Assembly (NCBI GenBank): GCA_003344405.1
Contig: NOWV01000256.1
Location: 1-64,000, forward strand
DNA length: 64,000 nt
Direction of reading: 5' to 3'
Source of the DNA: Trichoplax sp. H2
Taxonomy: Eukaryota
Each line of letters begins with the position of its first letter. Position 1 is the stretch's first letter. A program made the position numbers and the translations under genes. Shown here in pieces: positions 1 to 13,270 of the stretch. The notes beneath the pieces were generated by a model. It was given only the letters and a program-made list of their open reading frames with translations. It was not told where the DNA came from and searched no databases.

Positions 1-263
1 TGTGATTGCTTTCTTGAAATAAGAAATCACAATTTCTAGAAGAGTTATACTCATCTTGTAAACCTGGATAACTATACAATTAACTGCTAATGAGCAATAC
101 CGCAATTAGAACTACAGTAGTATAAGCATCTGCTCATACTGTAGTTAAAGCGAAAAAGGGAAGTTAGTAATTTGGTTAATATTGAAATTGTACTGTCTAC
201 GAACATTATTAGGTTAGTAGCTACTTTACTGCATTCACTGGATATAAATATTCAAAATTGCGC

Positions 264-718
264 TAGCTTAATACAGCTTCGTGACAAAGATAACGTAAAA
301 CAAATCTCTAAATTACTATAGTCTCATGGGTTCAGTATCCCTTTACTATCTAACAAGAATTTAGATGACTTCGTATCTACGTTAAAAATTTGTAGAACTC
401 TTCTTTTATTCAACCATCTGCCGAGCTTAAATATCCATCGGCAGCAGCTATCATGTAGGAGTCTTGGCAGTTTATGAAATTTAGTTCATATTGCATAGCT
501 AAATTAATATAGAAATTATTCATAATGTTAGATATTTACTGAACGATTCTAGATAATTAGATTACAGTATGTCCATACACAGAATTATTTATAGGATCAT
601 CTAGAATTGAATATCTGTAGGACATTCATCACAAGCGTTACAAGACCACACTAACATCAATTAATATTAGTTACTGTATAAGGACTCTTAGTATTGTACA
701 GCATAATTCACTGTAACA
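264..718 (-). mobile_element. Solo LTR family G, diverged copy
   Basis: 273-350 is the reverse complement of about 4330-4405; ends gcataattcactgtaaca, matching the reverse complement of the G start tgttacagtaaatttaatgc. The left end is degraded. Confidence 0.65.
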
Positions 719-1989
719 AATAATAACTACCTTAGTTCTTACTATAAGTAGTTATTAGTTATCTCCATATATACAGTAAATGTTAACCACTAAATTTAGT
801 CATTTACTCTTCGCGGTGGTTTGTACCATGACATGTGCGCTGCAAGCATTAGATATGTTTGAATTGACTAGGAACAGACATTTTTAATGTTATAAGCTAA
901 CAAGAAAATGTTATAGCTATTTTCAATGTTTAATCCATACAGTAGACAAAACTGCACGTGTTGAATAAGTTATCCCTTTCATTGATACCTTATTTTTTCG
1001 ATTTTGAGGGACTGAATTTATTAAAATATAAGCTACGGGTATTTTGAACCCTATTCGCATGCTCACTGAACACATGGCTTATATCTCGGTTATAGTTCAG
1101 ATATTTTATATGTAATTTCTGTAGCTATAATATATTTAATCACCAGCTGCGTAGTTACCTCTTTAAAAACGATGCTAATACAATTTTGGAAGCATTGATA
1201 GTACAATAAAAAAATGAAAAATTTAGAAATTTCACTTTGAAAGAGATGCATTTAGATGTATTATTACGAAAATTTGAACTGAAAATAAATTTGTTTCAGA
1301 TAATTTCTTACACCATTTAAAACAGCAAAGGATAGTTCGGGGTTAAAATAAGTAATATAACTTAAGGTGTCATAGTTCTATAGACCGATATTTCTTCAGT
1401 AGATAAATATAAACTGTTACAGCAATATCAAAACATGTCGCCGGTTGGATACTGCAATATACCAAAAACTGTATTCCTTGCCGTAGATTTTATAGTGCTT
1501 TGTATCATTTACCCTGTACTGCTTTTTATGCAAACCAAAATGCAGATCATATTTTAGACTATGGTACTCATGTAATACTCATAATTAGTTTTGTTAACTT
1601 TAATTCATGATAGCAATTGATAATTTACCAACATATCAATAGCCTTACCGCTACAAGTGCAATACTGATATAAAATTAGTAAAGTCTCTTGATTGTTAGG
1701 TTAAATAAACATTGAAATACAGTTTCATTTATTTCTTGCTTATGCATTATCAATCTAACGGAATTCTATTATTAAACTGTTAAGAATAAGTTCGCAATGA
1801 GTAATATCAACAACTAAAGCAATGTACATTTAACGGCTATGTCATGCTCAAATTTTTATATTTTATTAGTCTTACGAGAAATAAAGCGATAAATTCATGA
1901 TTAGGATGACATCTGTTTAGATTTATTTTCTTTAAACTGGATAACATTCTTTATAAGTGGCATGTAAGTAATAATTACAGTTCTTATTG

Positions 1990-3078
1990 TTATGCAATAC
2001 TCGATATAAAGCGTGGTGATGGTCTGTAAGGAATTGTGGTTAGCGATATTTCATTACGCTGGAAATTACTGTCTATGCGGCAGTTAAAATCAGTCCGTTG
2101 CGAATTTCTAATACGTTGTATTGGAACAATTTTAGCTGTATTAAAACATCGACAGAATGCCATACGAAAATTTCTACGTAAAGTAGAGTTTGTAGAAAGA
2201 TATATGATTGGATTAATGCTGACATTCAAATACGACAGTATCAATATAATTTGAGCCAGACCAGTGCTTACTTCTCGATTGCTTGTATATTTCCAGTAAG
2301 CAACCACTCCACTCATCATCAGAATGGTAAATGGTAGCCAGCAAATAACATTTGTACCAACTATTAATACGATTGTTCGTAGTGAAGTTTTTAAACTTCG
2401 ATGATTAGCCGCTTCAGAGTTTGATTTAGTATAGGCGATTAAAAATAAGACAATGTAGCAGCTTACGATTACTGCAACAGAACATGATATACCGATAGCG
2501 TAGACCGGATTAATGAAGCGATTAGATCGATCTACTTTAAATGATAACCAACATGTCGATATTAAACGATAACGGCCAAAGCCGTATTTTTCTAAACCTA
2601 AAAGAGGAAATACAGCTAGCGCAAGCGAATAACAATAGCATATTGTGATAACAGTGACATATTTTCGGCGAGTAGCTCGTCTTATGTATTTAAATGGATC
2701 TATAACAGCATGGCAACGTTCTATACTAACGGCTACAGTAAGAGAGAATGAAGCACCATTAAAGATGCTGATTAAAAAACCTTGAATTTGACAAATTATT
2801 TGGTTATAACTCGTAAAAACAACTGCAATTACGAACGGCAGTACAATTAAGCCAGTTAAAAAATCCGTTACAGCTATTGCGATTAAATAAACATTACTGC
2901 ATGTTTGCAAAGACGGCGAACGATAAATTACCCATAAATTGAAACTGTTGGCAATTATTGCGACAATCATGATAGTAAATAAAATAGGTAATTCCACGGA
3001 ACTTGGTATTTCTACTTTAGAAAGATTTGTTGTTGCATTTGATAACAATAACAGATTCAAGTCGTGACCACTGGCCAT
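1990..3078 (-). CDS. Intact intronless class A GPCR (GPCR-1, about 362 aa from ATG at 3078)
   Basis: Seven hydrophobic segments; TM1 AN, TM2 IAVTD, TM3 CQIQG...SIERC, ECL2 GFGRY..CW, TM6 CWLP, TM7 NPIIY; N-terminal NAT/NLS sequons. The ORF track starts at a TTG; the first ATG is 3 codons later. Confidence 0.93.
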   Translation of the reverse strand: MASGHDLNLLLLSNATTNLSKVEIPSSVELPILFTIMIVAIIANSFNLWVIYRSPSLQTCSNVYLIAIAVTDFLTGLIVLPFVIAVVFTSYNQIICQIQGFLISIFNGASFSLTVAVSIERCHAVIDPFKYIRRATRRKYVTVITICYCYSLALAVFPLLGLEKYGFGRYRLISTCWLSFKVDRSNRFINPVYAIGISCSVAVIVSCYIVLFLIAYTKSNSEAANHRSLKTSLRTIVLIVGTNVICWLPFTILMMSGVVAYWKYTSNREVSTGLAQIILILSYLNVSINPIIYLSTNSTLRRNFRMAFCRCFNTAKIVPIQRIRNSQRTDFNCRIDSNFQRNEISLTTIPYRPSPRFISSIA

Positions 3079-3900
3079 GATATTCAAAAATTAGAAAGGA
3101 AAGACCGTTGCAATGAACATTGATAAAAAATTTCTTGTATGTACTTCTAAAATATATCGTTCAAGACGTCCATAATATTCTTTTTTACGTTAAATATTAA
3201 GTCCTTTCGCCAGAGACGGAAAGAATACTAAAACAGCTACTGAAAGTAAGCAAATTTTTAATAACTATTCAGAAAATATTTAAGTGAAGACTATGACCTA
3301 TTAAATAAGTTCAAATTTGCTCTATTCATCTTCCATTTTTTTTGTATTCAGTAGCAGAGTGGCGAAAATATTTTAATTGTTGCTTGTCGTAATAAAAACG
3401 GATAATACGCAAATACAATCGATATGCTGATGTTTATTGTAATTTCTAATAATAAGTCAGAATTTATTCTACTGCTAAAATTAAATTCAATCTCCTTTGT
3501 TTAATTCGTAGGTCTGTTATTATTGGAAAAAAATTAACACAGATAACACTTCTGATTAAATATTGATTATAGTTTGGCTATTATCTCTGGTAAAATTGCC
3601 ATGGTATCGAACATTACTGATATTGTCGTAATTATTAAATTTGTCTATTTTATATCTTTCGATTGGTTTAACATCAAATAAAGTGGTATGACTTCGAAAT
3701 AGAAAATTAAATAAAAGTAGAAATCGTACATTTTATTTAATATAAATGTGTTACAGTAAATTTAATGCTATGCTGTAATGTGCACTGGAATGATTCTGTG
3801 AATGGACATATTGAAGTCCGACTGTGAAAAATTAGTTAGTAGATGTTCTCCTAAGTATTTTTATAAGATGACTCGTGAATNNNNNNNNNNNNNNNNNNNN

Positions 3901-4080
3901 ATATATACTGTATGTTATACATAGTTTTATTGATAATTAAAATAAGGAAGAAATTTTCAATTACTTGTATGATAGTATCACGGTACGAACTACCGTGAAG
4001 AAATAGCTATCTAAATTTGGTTAATATAATATAGTGATAATATATTACAACTAGTTACTTACAATAGGAATTACTTTAAT
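3901..4080. repeat. Inverted duplicate of 6141-6320
   Basis: The reverse complement matches with 5 substitutions in 180 bp. Confidence 0.92.
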
Positions 4081-4088
4081 TGTAAATG

Positions 4089-4415
4089 TTTTACAGTAAA
4101 TTTAATGCTATGCTGTAATGTGCACTGAAATGATTCTGTGAATGGACATATTGAAGTCCGACTGTGAAAAATTAGTTAGTAGATGTTCTCCTAAGTATTT
4201 TTATAAGATGACTCGTGAATATTAGCTGCTGTAGAAGAGTATATAAGCCCGTCATATAGTTAAATAAAGTAGTTCTCAATTGTCTAGTTGAGTTTAACGT
4301 AGAATCAAAGCGGTCTAAATTCTTGTGAGGTAGTTAAGGGATACTGAATCCCGGAGACTATAGTAATTTAGAGATTTGTTTTATGTTATCCTTGTCACGA
4401 AGCTGGTTTGTAACA
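4089..4415 (+). mobile_element. Solo LTR family G (5' part also at 3749-3880, before the gap)
   Basis: t(g/t)ttacagt...gaagctggtttgtaaca; tatataag followed by aataaa; no matching TSD. Confidence 0.7.
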
Positions 4416-4537
4416 GATAGCCTCAACAAAACATTAATTACCGTACTCATAGTATATAGAACTTTATAACGAAATCAATTGCAGATACAACGAAAATTAC
4501 CAATTAAAATATTTATGAAAAATGCATTGCAGCAATG

Positions 4538-5977
4538 TGTAATGAAATGAAAAGTGTAGAGATCAAGCTACAAAACTTTAACAAACTTTGATTCTACTTT
4601 CGTTGAACTCTGGCCGACTTAACGCTAATACTTTGACACCAAATAAAATTTGGGGAAATAACCGAACAATAATTTATTACAAAACAAAAATGGAGAGGAG
4701 TATAAACCGAACAACCTTACAAATACTTAGCTTTAAGTATTATTAAAATAAATGACAGACTTATAATAAACTGTCAGCGACCAAACAATCTTTCAAAAAG
4801 AAGAACGTTTTAACTTACGACAATTCGACCCCGAAGACTTTTTAAATTCAACAAGTTCTTCAAATAAAATCTTCTTCTACTCTCTCTCTAAATTTTCTAA
4901 TTGCACTATCATTTATAGACTTCGTAGAGCCATCAGAGGTATTTAAAACTAAACATTTGCTAACTAATCGCTCTTAAGATCCGTTTTAGAAAACTACTAT
5001 GCACCATTTAAGAAAACAAAAATCACTCAAAGTTCAGATACAATTTACCCTATATTTCCCTTACAAAACACTATAAAACCAACAAGTTAACTATGAAAAT
5101 ACATCAAACTTCACTTCTAACTTAATTTCTATCATTAATACACTATAAAAGTCTAAAAATCAACCTTTAAACATCAAGAAATTATCTCGCATTTAGTCAT
5201 AAAAACAACAGTCTACTACTTAACAATCAACACAACCTCTGCCAATTTCCATCTTATTTATTTTCTATTTTCCTCACTAAATCTAAATTCTCCTAATGTG
5301 ACTTCAAGTCACGTCATAAAATTCCAAAGTTTCAAATTCACAACAAAAAGTCCAAATTTCAAAAATCAACTCCTACGATATTTTTCATGAACAAAAATCC
5401 AAAAACTTAAAACAGAAAAATTATATCAGACATAAATTAAAACAGGAAAATTATATCGGACATAAATCCGACTGGTTCTGGAATCCGAATCCGAAAAATC
5501 CGGATTTTATAAAGATTGCAGTAATCGCTATCTCGCTAATCAAAATATTTTATATGACTATCACGACTACTTTTCTGACATTAGTATCGCTAAATATTCG
5601 CGAGTATTGACAGTTGATGTTTTAGCGTCAGATTGTACTGTAACTGTACGATTATAGACTACATTACAGTACTTTGTCGTCATGTTATAAATCCCCTTTC
5701 TGTAAGGATAGGGTTTTGCTAATAAGTCAAATTCCGTTACAAGTTGAATAGATGATCAAACGCCCTTTCTTTACATTAGGCAATTGCTCTAGGGCTACTT
5801 CTATAGTAATCTATATATAATACCTTGTAAAATAATGAAGAAGAAAAGATGGCGACATGATGATTTGGCAGGGTAAAACTTAAAGACACCATTATTTTCT
5901 AGGTATTTTCTATAGTAAAATAATACTAGTTACATACTAAAAGCTATAAAGGACTTTGCTTTTCGTCCTTCACCACA
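4538..5977 (-). mobile_element. Family C, 1.44-kb TG..CA element (large solo LTR-like), 4-bp TSD AATG
   Basis: aatg|tgtaatg...caccaca|aatg; inverted homolog of 11304-12680 and 62257-62949. Strand is relative to the other copies. Confidence 0.88.
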
Positions 5978-7758
5978 AATGTTTGAAGGATTCATGGAAA
6001 TTTAATCGAGTTGGTCAATTTTAAGTTTGCAAAGTTGCAATGACTTAGGAACAACGTCACAAGCTCGAATTGTGTATAGAAATTTGATAGATATTCAATT
6101 TCATTTTTCACTGTTGATATAATAAAGAAGACTGAAATTTATTAAAGTAATTCCTATTGTAAGTAACTAGTTGTAATATATTATCACTATATTATATTAA
6201 GCAAATTTAGATAGCTATTTCTTCACGGTAGTTCGTGCCGTGACACTATCATACAAGTAATTGAAAATTTCTTCCTTATTATAATCATCAATAAAACTAT
6301 GTATAACATACAGTATATATCCATATAGATCGCTGAATCAAATTTCAAGATTAGCAAATTTTAAACTTTTTAGAATGAAAACTTTGGTTATTTTTCACTA
6401 ACTTTATATAAAGATGCATTAATTATTATTTAGGATATGTTTTAAATAATGCTTTAGTCATGATTGGTACCTCATTCATTGATTAAAGTGACAATTATAG
6501 TAGTATTAAGATATCTATAATGAAGTAACATAATTTGTTTCAGCTTAAAAATCATAATATGACTTCATGCCATAGTAACTTCGTGAATTCTTAAGAAAGT
6601 TACTACTTCAGATATGTGAACATAGACTAACAAACTTTTATCACGTTTCCTGAAAATTGACTTAAGTTGCAGTTGTAAAATTTTGACGTATAATCCCCTA
6701 GAAGGTTCATCGTGACGTAAGACTAAAATTCCTAGTTTAATTTATCATCATCTATTGAACATCAAACAGAGACAGGGTATCTACCATTTATTGCCTGCGT
6801 AGTACATGTTAACATTACTGATAGCGATAAACATGCATTAAGAGTGTCATTTCGGCATGCAGGGGTTAGTATTATTTAGGAAAATAGCTTTATTCAAGTT
6901 ACGAAATAGTCAATAATATAGACACTCCGAATTCTATAATAAGATATTTTCGGCTTATTTCGGTGCTGAAAATTAATATGTGGTTGGGACTAATTCACAG
7001 TTAATTAATAATTATCTCTTATGATACGAATGATTTCATGAATGAATGTTTTGTATTCTGACTATCTTACCTAAGTCATAGAATATCGATATCTTTAAAT
7101 TTTCGCTGTATTTATAATTAAAGGCTTTAGATGCAATTTTACTGTTTAATTTACTGGCGCTAATAATACTAATTACAAGTACATATTAGAAATGTATAAA
7201 ATCCTGCATATTGTATAATAAAGTTGATTCTATAGCGAAGTGTTGACAAGAAGGAAAAGGTGTAACGTAAAAATTGTTGTATTTTAAATCTGTGGAATTA
7301 GGAATAAAGGCGCCGCAAGAATTCCTTGAACAAATTTAGATCTCAGGTACATAGTTTTGTACAAGATTTGTAGATCAGGCTTTTTACTTATCTTGTTATG
7401 AAGTTAGCATGTGAGAATATGCAGCTGTCTCACTTCTATAATTTTATTAATTCTGATAATACGAGCAGTACGATGGCAAATAAAGGATTGAAGAAAATAG
7501 AATTCAGGCTATTTTTTCAAAACTATTCAGCAGTGTAAGTATTTTTAGCTCACGTATAATAGAAGCAATCTATTGCCATTCAAGAGAATACCTCCGATAA
7601 GCTATTACACTACAATAAACTAATGTGGGATACAATAACAATATTAATGCATTTATAACAAAAGCAATTTATTCAGATTTCTTATCAGCCAATTAAAGGA
7701 AGTGTTAGGAACATGGTTAGGAACAGTTCGTGGAATCATTGTTAGATGTGCCTAGTAT

Positions 7759-8340
7759 TGTTACGGAGCCATGCTCCGAAATATTGATTGCTATGTTAAT
7801 TAAGATATCTCATTTAAATTATTGTTTGCTCCAGTAGCTTATTAGATATTAATGTTTATTAATAAGTACTTGTTCAATATTGTTGACGTGTCGGAGCTAA
7901 CACGCTTAGTCTGTAAACGTTAATTAATAACACTTTAAGTGTAAGATCAATTACTTTGCAGAGCCTTGAGGCTCTAGTTGCTACACTAGGATATGTATAC
8001 TGTACAGTGTAAGCCGCCATTTCAAGAATATTCACAAGTGTACCATCGGCGAGACTATAAAAAGTGGAGCAGTAGCTTAGCTTCTTAGTTCCAGTTAGTC
8101 ATTTGCAGGATCTTTTGACTATTATTGCTAAGAATATTCTTACGTTTTTCTTTAGTACATTTTATGACTAAGGTTAACGAAAATAAAGTAAAGTATTTAA
8201 ACCTATTACTCAATAGTAGCTTTTTTGTGTAGCTGAAAGTTAGTTCAACTACGATAGGTCCCTAAGTTAGTTGGGAACACGAGTAATAGTGAAGATAGTC
8301 TTTAAGACCCGGTTTCTTGTTACAAAGGAGATTTATAACA
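7759..8340 (+). mobile_element. Solo LTR family D1, 5-bp TSD AGTAT
   Basis: agtat|tgttacggagc...tttataaca|agtat; ctataaaaag near 8056 and aataaa near 8182; the 5' end resembles 50969. Confidence 0.85.
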
Positions 8341-11303
8341 AGTATATCTAAAGCAGTCACAAAAACAGAAAATTGAGATTATGAAAGCCTAGATCTATAG
8401 GTTATATGTCAGGGGTAACAATACATTGCCTGCGATATTTAAATCATTTTAAATTAGCTTCTCATATTTTACTGTTCATTAGCAGATCTTACAAATACTT
8501 GCAGAGCCTTCATGCAAATTATCGTAATATTCATTTTTTTAGACTACATAATTAGTTTTTGTTCCTATTTAAAGCACCGAATAGATCACTTTCACGACTG
8601 TTTTGAATATAGATTAATAGTAGTATCATCAGGATTTATTTTTGATCGTGAAAGTCGTGAACTGATGAATCTCAAACTGTTACGTCTAATCATAGTAGTG
8701 AATGCTGTTTTCAGGCAATAAGTTATCAGAACTGGATAGTAAGCAAACGTTTATATTAATAGTATCAGCACATCTCGCAAGAATAAGGATTGTATATTTC
8801 TCCTATGAGTTGATTCACTTTAATTGAATATAATAAAGTTACAAATAAGAAATCTATCCATTAAATAATGCCAGTGATACCTAAAGAAGGCCTTATTTCT
8901 ATAAATTGAATAGTTATAATTATTACCTCAAATATTTGAGACGATAGTAATCGTTAGTATCAAGTTTGCTATCTAAGTAATATCAGAAAATATGATTATA
9001 TATTTTCCACTTCGTTCCTTAGATTTAGAGATAGATTTCAACGGGTGTCATGAGTGATATCCGCGATACTACGTTAATTTTGTTAACCGTTAGTTGCCAA
9101 TGGAATTAATGGTATCAAAAGCTATATAAAGCTAAACTGTAATTCGGCAGTTCAGTTCCACAGTAGTTGTTGTACAGAGAGGTACCCTCATTTAGCCTAG
9201 TAAAATTATTTTACTATTTTTACTAGAACTGCTTTATACTTGTGCGGTTGTATCTTACCGTAGATCTCCATCAGTAAAAGGGAAGTATTAATATTCTAGT
9301 AGAATAGTATCGGTTACAAATTTATAAAGAAAAGTTTATAAGAGAAATTATGACAACGAGATATTTACATTTAATATTATTCAAGGTAATATCGGTTAAA
9401 CATGAATTATTTGCACCTCTTTTTGAAACAATTAAAATCATTAAGAACATAATCCTGTAAAAGGTAGACATTGAATGTTAATTTAAATCTAAATTTAATT
9501 ACTGCTACATTTCACTTATAGTTGAGAGATTAAAGAAAATTTTTTGTAGTGAGATCTATAACGATAGCGAATTTTAACGTAGACAGTTTACAGGCTATTA
9601 TATGTCATTGTGATTTTCTTTAGATTGTGCTCGGTCATAATCGCAAAAAATCAAATTAAAAGCACTTAGTTGAACCGCATTCTATATTGTAGCTAGTGTG
9701 AGGAGGAAACAGTGTAAGGCTATATATTTATGAACTATGAGAACTAGTCAAATAGCTTTAGTAACGTATAATAGGGAATGTGTGCAAGCTTACCGTGGTA
9801 ACTAGGAGAATTAACTAATGAGATAGATACAAGACGATAGTTATTTTAGTGTGAAAAGTACAGTAAGAGGATACTTTTTACATAAACGCAAAATAGAACA
9901 AAAATAGCTTACTTCTATGTTGGAAGATTTCTTCGGTGCAATTGGATTAGAGTATAAAAGGAATTCTATAGCCTAAATATCAATTCTAGATCATAAAAAT
10001 ATGAAGTTATACTACAGTGAAGTTAAAGTAAACTATTACTAAATTACTTAGAAGTATACGTTACTGGCGTATAAGCATTATAAAATGAATATATGTTATG
10101 GTCACTTCTAGAACTGACTCAACCATATCCAATGCTTTCATTATTAAAACTGAAGCTAGCCAAACCTTATCATTCATCACTAGCCCATAAACTCGACCTA
10201 GCCTTAAAGGCATTGTAAGTCAACACCAATTTTAAAAAATTGCTAGAATTGGTTGGTCAATCCTAGGATTTTCCCAGCTAGAGGATTAACATATGCATTA
10301 TGTTCAATTTCTGAAGCACGATAGGTCTTAGGATTGACTCAACTAGATCTATTTTTGACATATGCCTATCACAAAAAGTAATTTCAAGGTTGATGTGCTA
10401 CAGCTTTCACTGTCGCTTATTACTCTCCCCGTATGATCTTATTCAATAGTAATTTCTTGCTTTGCCGCATAAATCTTTCCATCTTTTACCGTTTGTAACT
10501 GGATAAACTGAAAATTTGAAACTGAGGTTATTCTTATGAATATTCTAATCGAGCTGAAGAATTATACCACTTAAATTGCTGGCTAAGCCATCTAAATACA
10601 AATAAAATCTTAGTAAAAACTGAACTTATAAAAAATAAAAATCATAAAGGTTGATGAATAAGGGCTCAAAAATTTGCGAAAAAGAATAATTCTTCAGTAC
10701 AAACTTTATATATGATACTTTTCCAGAATTCGCCTTTTCATTCTTTAATCATATAGTAGAAAAATTTTACGCTTGTCATTCTAATTATCCTTCTCATTAC
10801 AAATGCATATTGACAGCTATCTTATTTTTACATCAGGAAGTATAGTTCTAAAAAAGCATCTATTAACGTAGGCTAATCGAAACGCAAAATTGACAATAAA
10901 TTGCATTAAATTGTCTTAACTTCTAAGTCCTATTTTACTTTTCTTAAAATCTTTTATTAGTAAAGATATAATCGGAAAGTATGTAAGATATTCAATTCTA
11001 AACTAAACATCCTTAGGTATTTTATTAGTATCGATTAAATGAAGATTGAGTTGATTGATGAATAGCAAAGCCACTAAATAGAGGTATTCGATTGCAATAT
11101 CACCATTTTTGATGCTGATCACTGCAGTAATCTTTCATTTACAGTCTTGGTTCTAATAAAATACTTTCAGTCTTTAATCATTTTTTGCCAATATCTATAA
11201 GTTAAGAAGTTTTATATCTCTAAGATCATAAAATCTTGGCTTCATCTATCACCAGACGCCATGCATTACTATCGTTAACATTCTAATAGTTAATATGTAA
11301 TGG

Positions 11304-12680
11304 TGTAGTAAAGGACTAAAAGTAGAGTCCTTTATAGCTTTTAGTATGTAACTAGTATTATTTTACTATAGTAAAAATACCTATAAAAAGATAGCGTCTT
11401 TAAGTTTTACCCTGCCAAATCATCATGTCGCCATCTTTCTTCTTCATTATTTTACAAGGTATTATATAGATTACTATAGAAGTAGCCCTAGAGCAATTGC
11501 CTAATCTAAAGAAAGGGCATTTGATCGTCTATTCAAATTGTAACAAAATTTGACTCAGTAACAAAACCCTATCCTTAGAGAAAAGGGATTTATGACATGA
11601 CAGTAAAATACTGTAATGTAGTCTATAATTGTACAGTTACCGTACAACCTGACGCTAAAATATCAACTGTTAATATTCAGCGATACGAATGTCAGAAAAA
11701 TAGTCGTGATAATCATATAAAATTTTTGATAAGATTCGATAAGGGATATAGTGATTACTGTGATCTTTATAAAATCCGGATTTTACGAATTCGGATTCCG
11801 GAACCGGTCGGATTTATGTCCGATGTAATTTTCCTGTTTTAATTTTTGGATTTTTGTTCATGAAAGATATCGTAAGAGTTGATTTATGAAATTTGAACTT
11901 TTTGTTATGAATTTGAAACTTTGGAATTTTATGACGTGACTTGAAAGTCACATTAGGAAAGTTTTGTGAGGAAAATAGAAAATAAGATGGATGTTGGCAG
12001 AGGTTGTGTTGATTGTTAAGTAGTTAGACTGTTATTTTTATACTAAATCTTGATATTTAATGGTTAATTTTTAGACTTTTATAGTGTATTAATGATAGAA
12101 ATTAAGTTAGAAGTGAAATTTGATGTATTTTCATAGTTAACTTGTTGGTTTTATAGTGTTTTGTGAGGGAATCGTAGGGTAAATTGTGTCTGAACTTTGA
12201 ATAATTTTTGCTTACTTAAATGGTGCAAAGTAGTTTTCTAAAACGGATCTTAAGAGAGATTAGTTAGCAAATGTTTAGTTTTAAATACCTCTGACGGCTC
12301 TACGAAGCCTATAAATGATAGTGCAACTAGAAAAATTTAGGAGGAGAGTAGAAGAAGATTGTTTTGATGAACTTGTTGAATTTAAAAAGCCTTCGGGGTC
12401 GAATTGTCGTAAGTTAATACGTTCTTCTTTTTGAAAGGTTGTTTGGTCGTTGACATTTTTAAGTCTGTCACTTATTTTATTAATACTTAAGGTTAAGTAT
12501 TTGCAACGATGTTCGGTTTATACTTCTCTCCATTTTGTTTTTAATGAATTGCTGTTCGCTTATTTCCCCAAATTTTATTTGGTGCCAAAGTTTCGTTAAG
12601 TCGACCGGTGTGCAACAAAAGCAGAATCAAAGTTTGTTAAAGCTTTGTAGCTTGATCTCTATACTTTTCGTTTCATTATA
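11304..12680 (+). mobile_element. Family C copy, 4-bp TSD ATGG
   Basis: atgg|tgtagtaaaggac...ttcattata|atgg (terminal CA mutated to TA); colinear with the 4538-5977 copy. Confidence 0.88.
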
Positions 12681-13270
12681 ATGGATAGATTTTATTACCT
12701 GTTAGGCTTACAATCCAATAACTTGAAATTTTAGAGATTAAAATTGAGCAAGTCTTTAATATAACGCAATCACATATGCGTTGTGTTCACTATTTGCATT
12801 GGAGAAAACAATGCATTTATAAAACTATGACAATACCTTCAATAACATCTTATTTTTAGGCACATTTAAGTAAGAATAACAATTATGCCAACTTTGGTAT
12901 AAAACTCGTCACTGAACTAAATATCTATGAACGAGAAATTTCCTTTCTTGGCTAATAATTAATAATAGGAATCAATTACACCGACTTATTAATAATTATT
13001 ACTAGCGATAACAACCCAAGTATAGCTAATTTTCAATGATCGCTTTACTTACCGTACTAGATTCCATTGATTACTACGCACAGAAATATAAAATTGAATA
13101 TATAGATAATTATAAAGTAGAGTATAAAATAGCTTTCAGCCAATTTTTTCATTAAAACGAGTAATAGCCTGTATATTACTCAAATTGAAGATTTTGCAAA
13201 TATTGTACAATTTTGACCACATGTATTTATGGCACATCTTCTTTACGCTAAGTTATAAAATTCTATTTCC

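Noticed and set aside
10420..10520. Minus-strand KDGKIYAAK resembling kinase subdomain II
   Set aside because: No other kinase motifs, and a stop follows within a few codons.
4538..12680. A single 8-kb foldback/TIR transposon bounded by the two C copies
   Set aside because: Each copy has its own TSD and the outer flanks (AATG vs ATGG) do not match.
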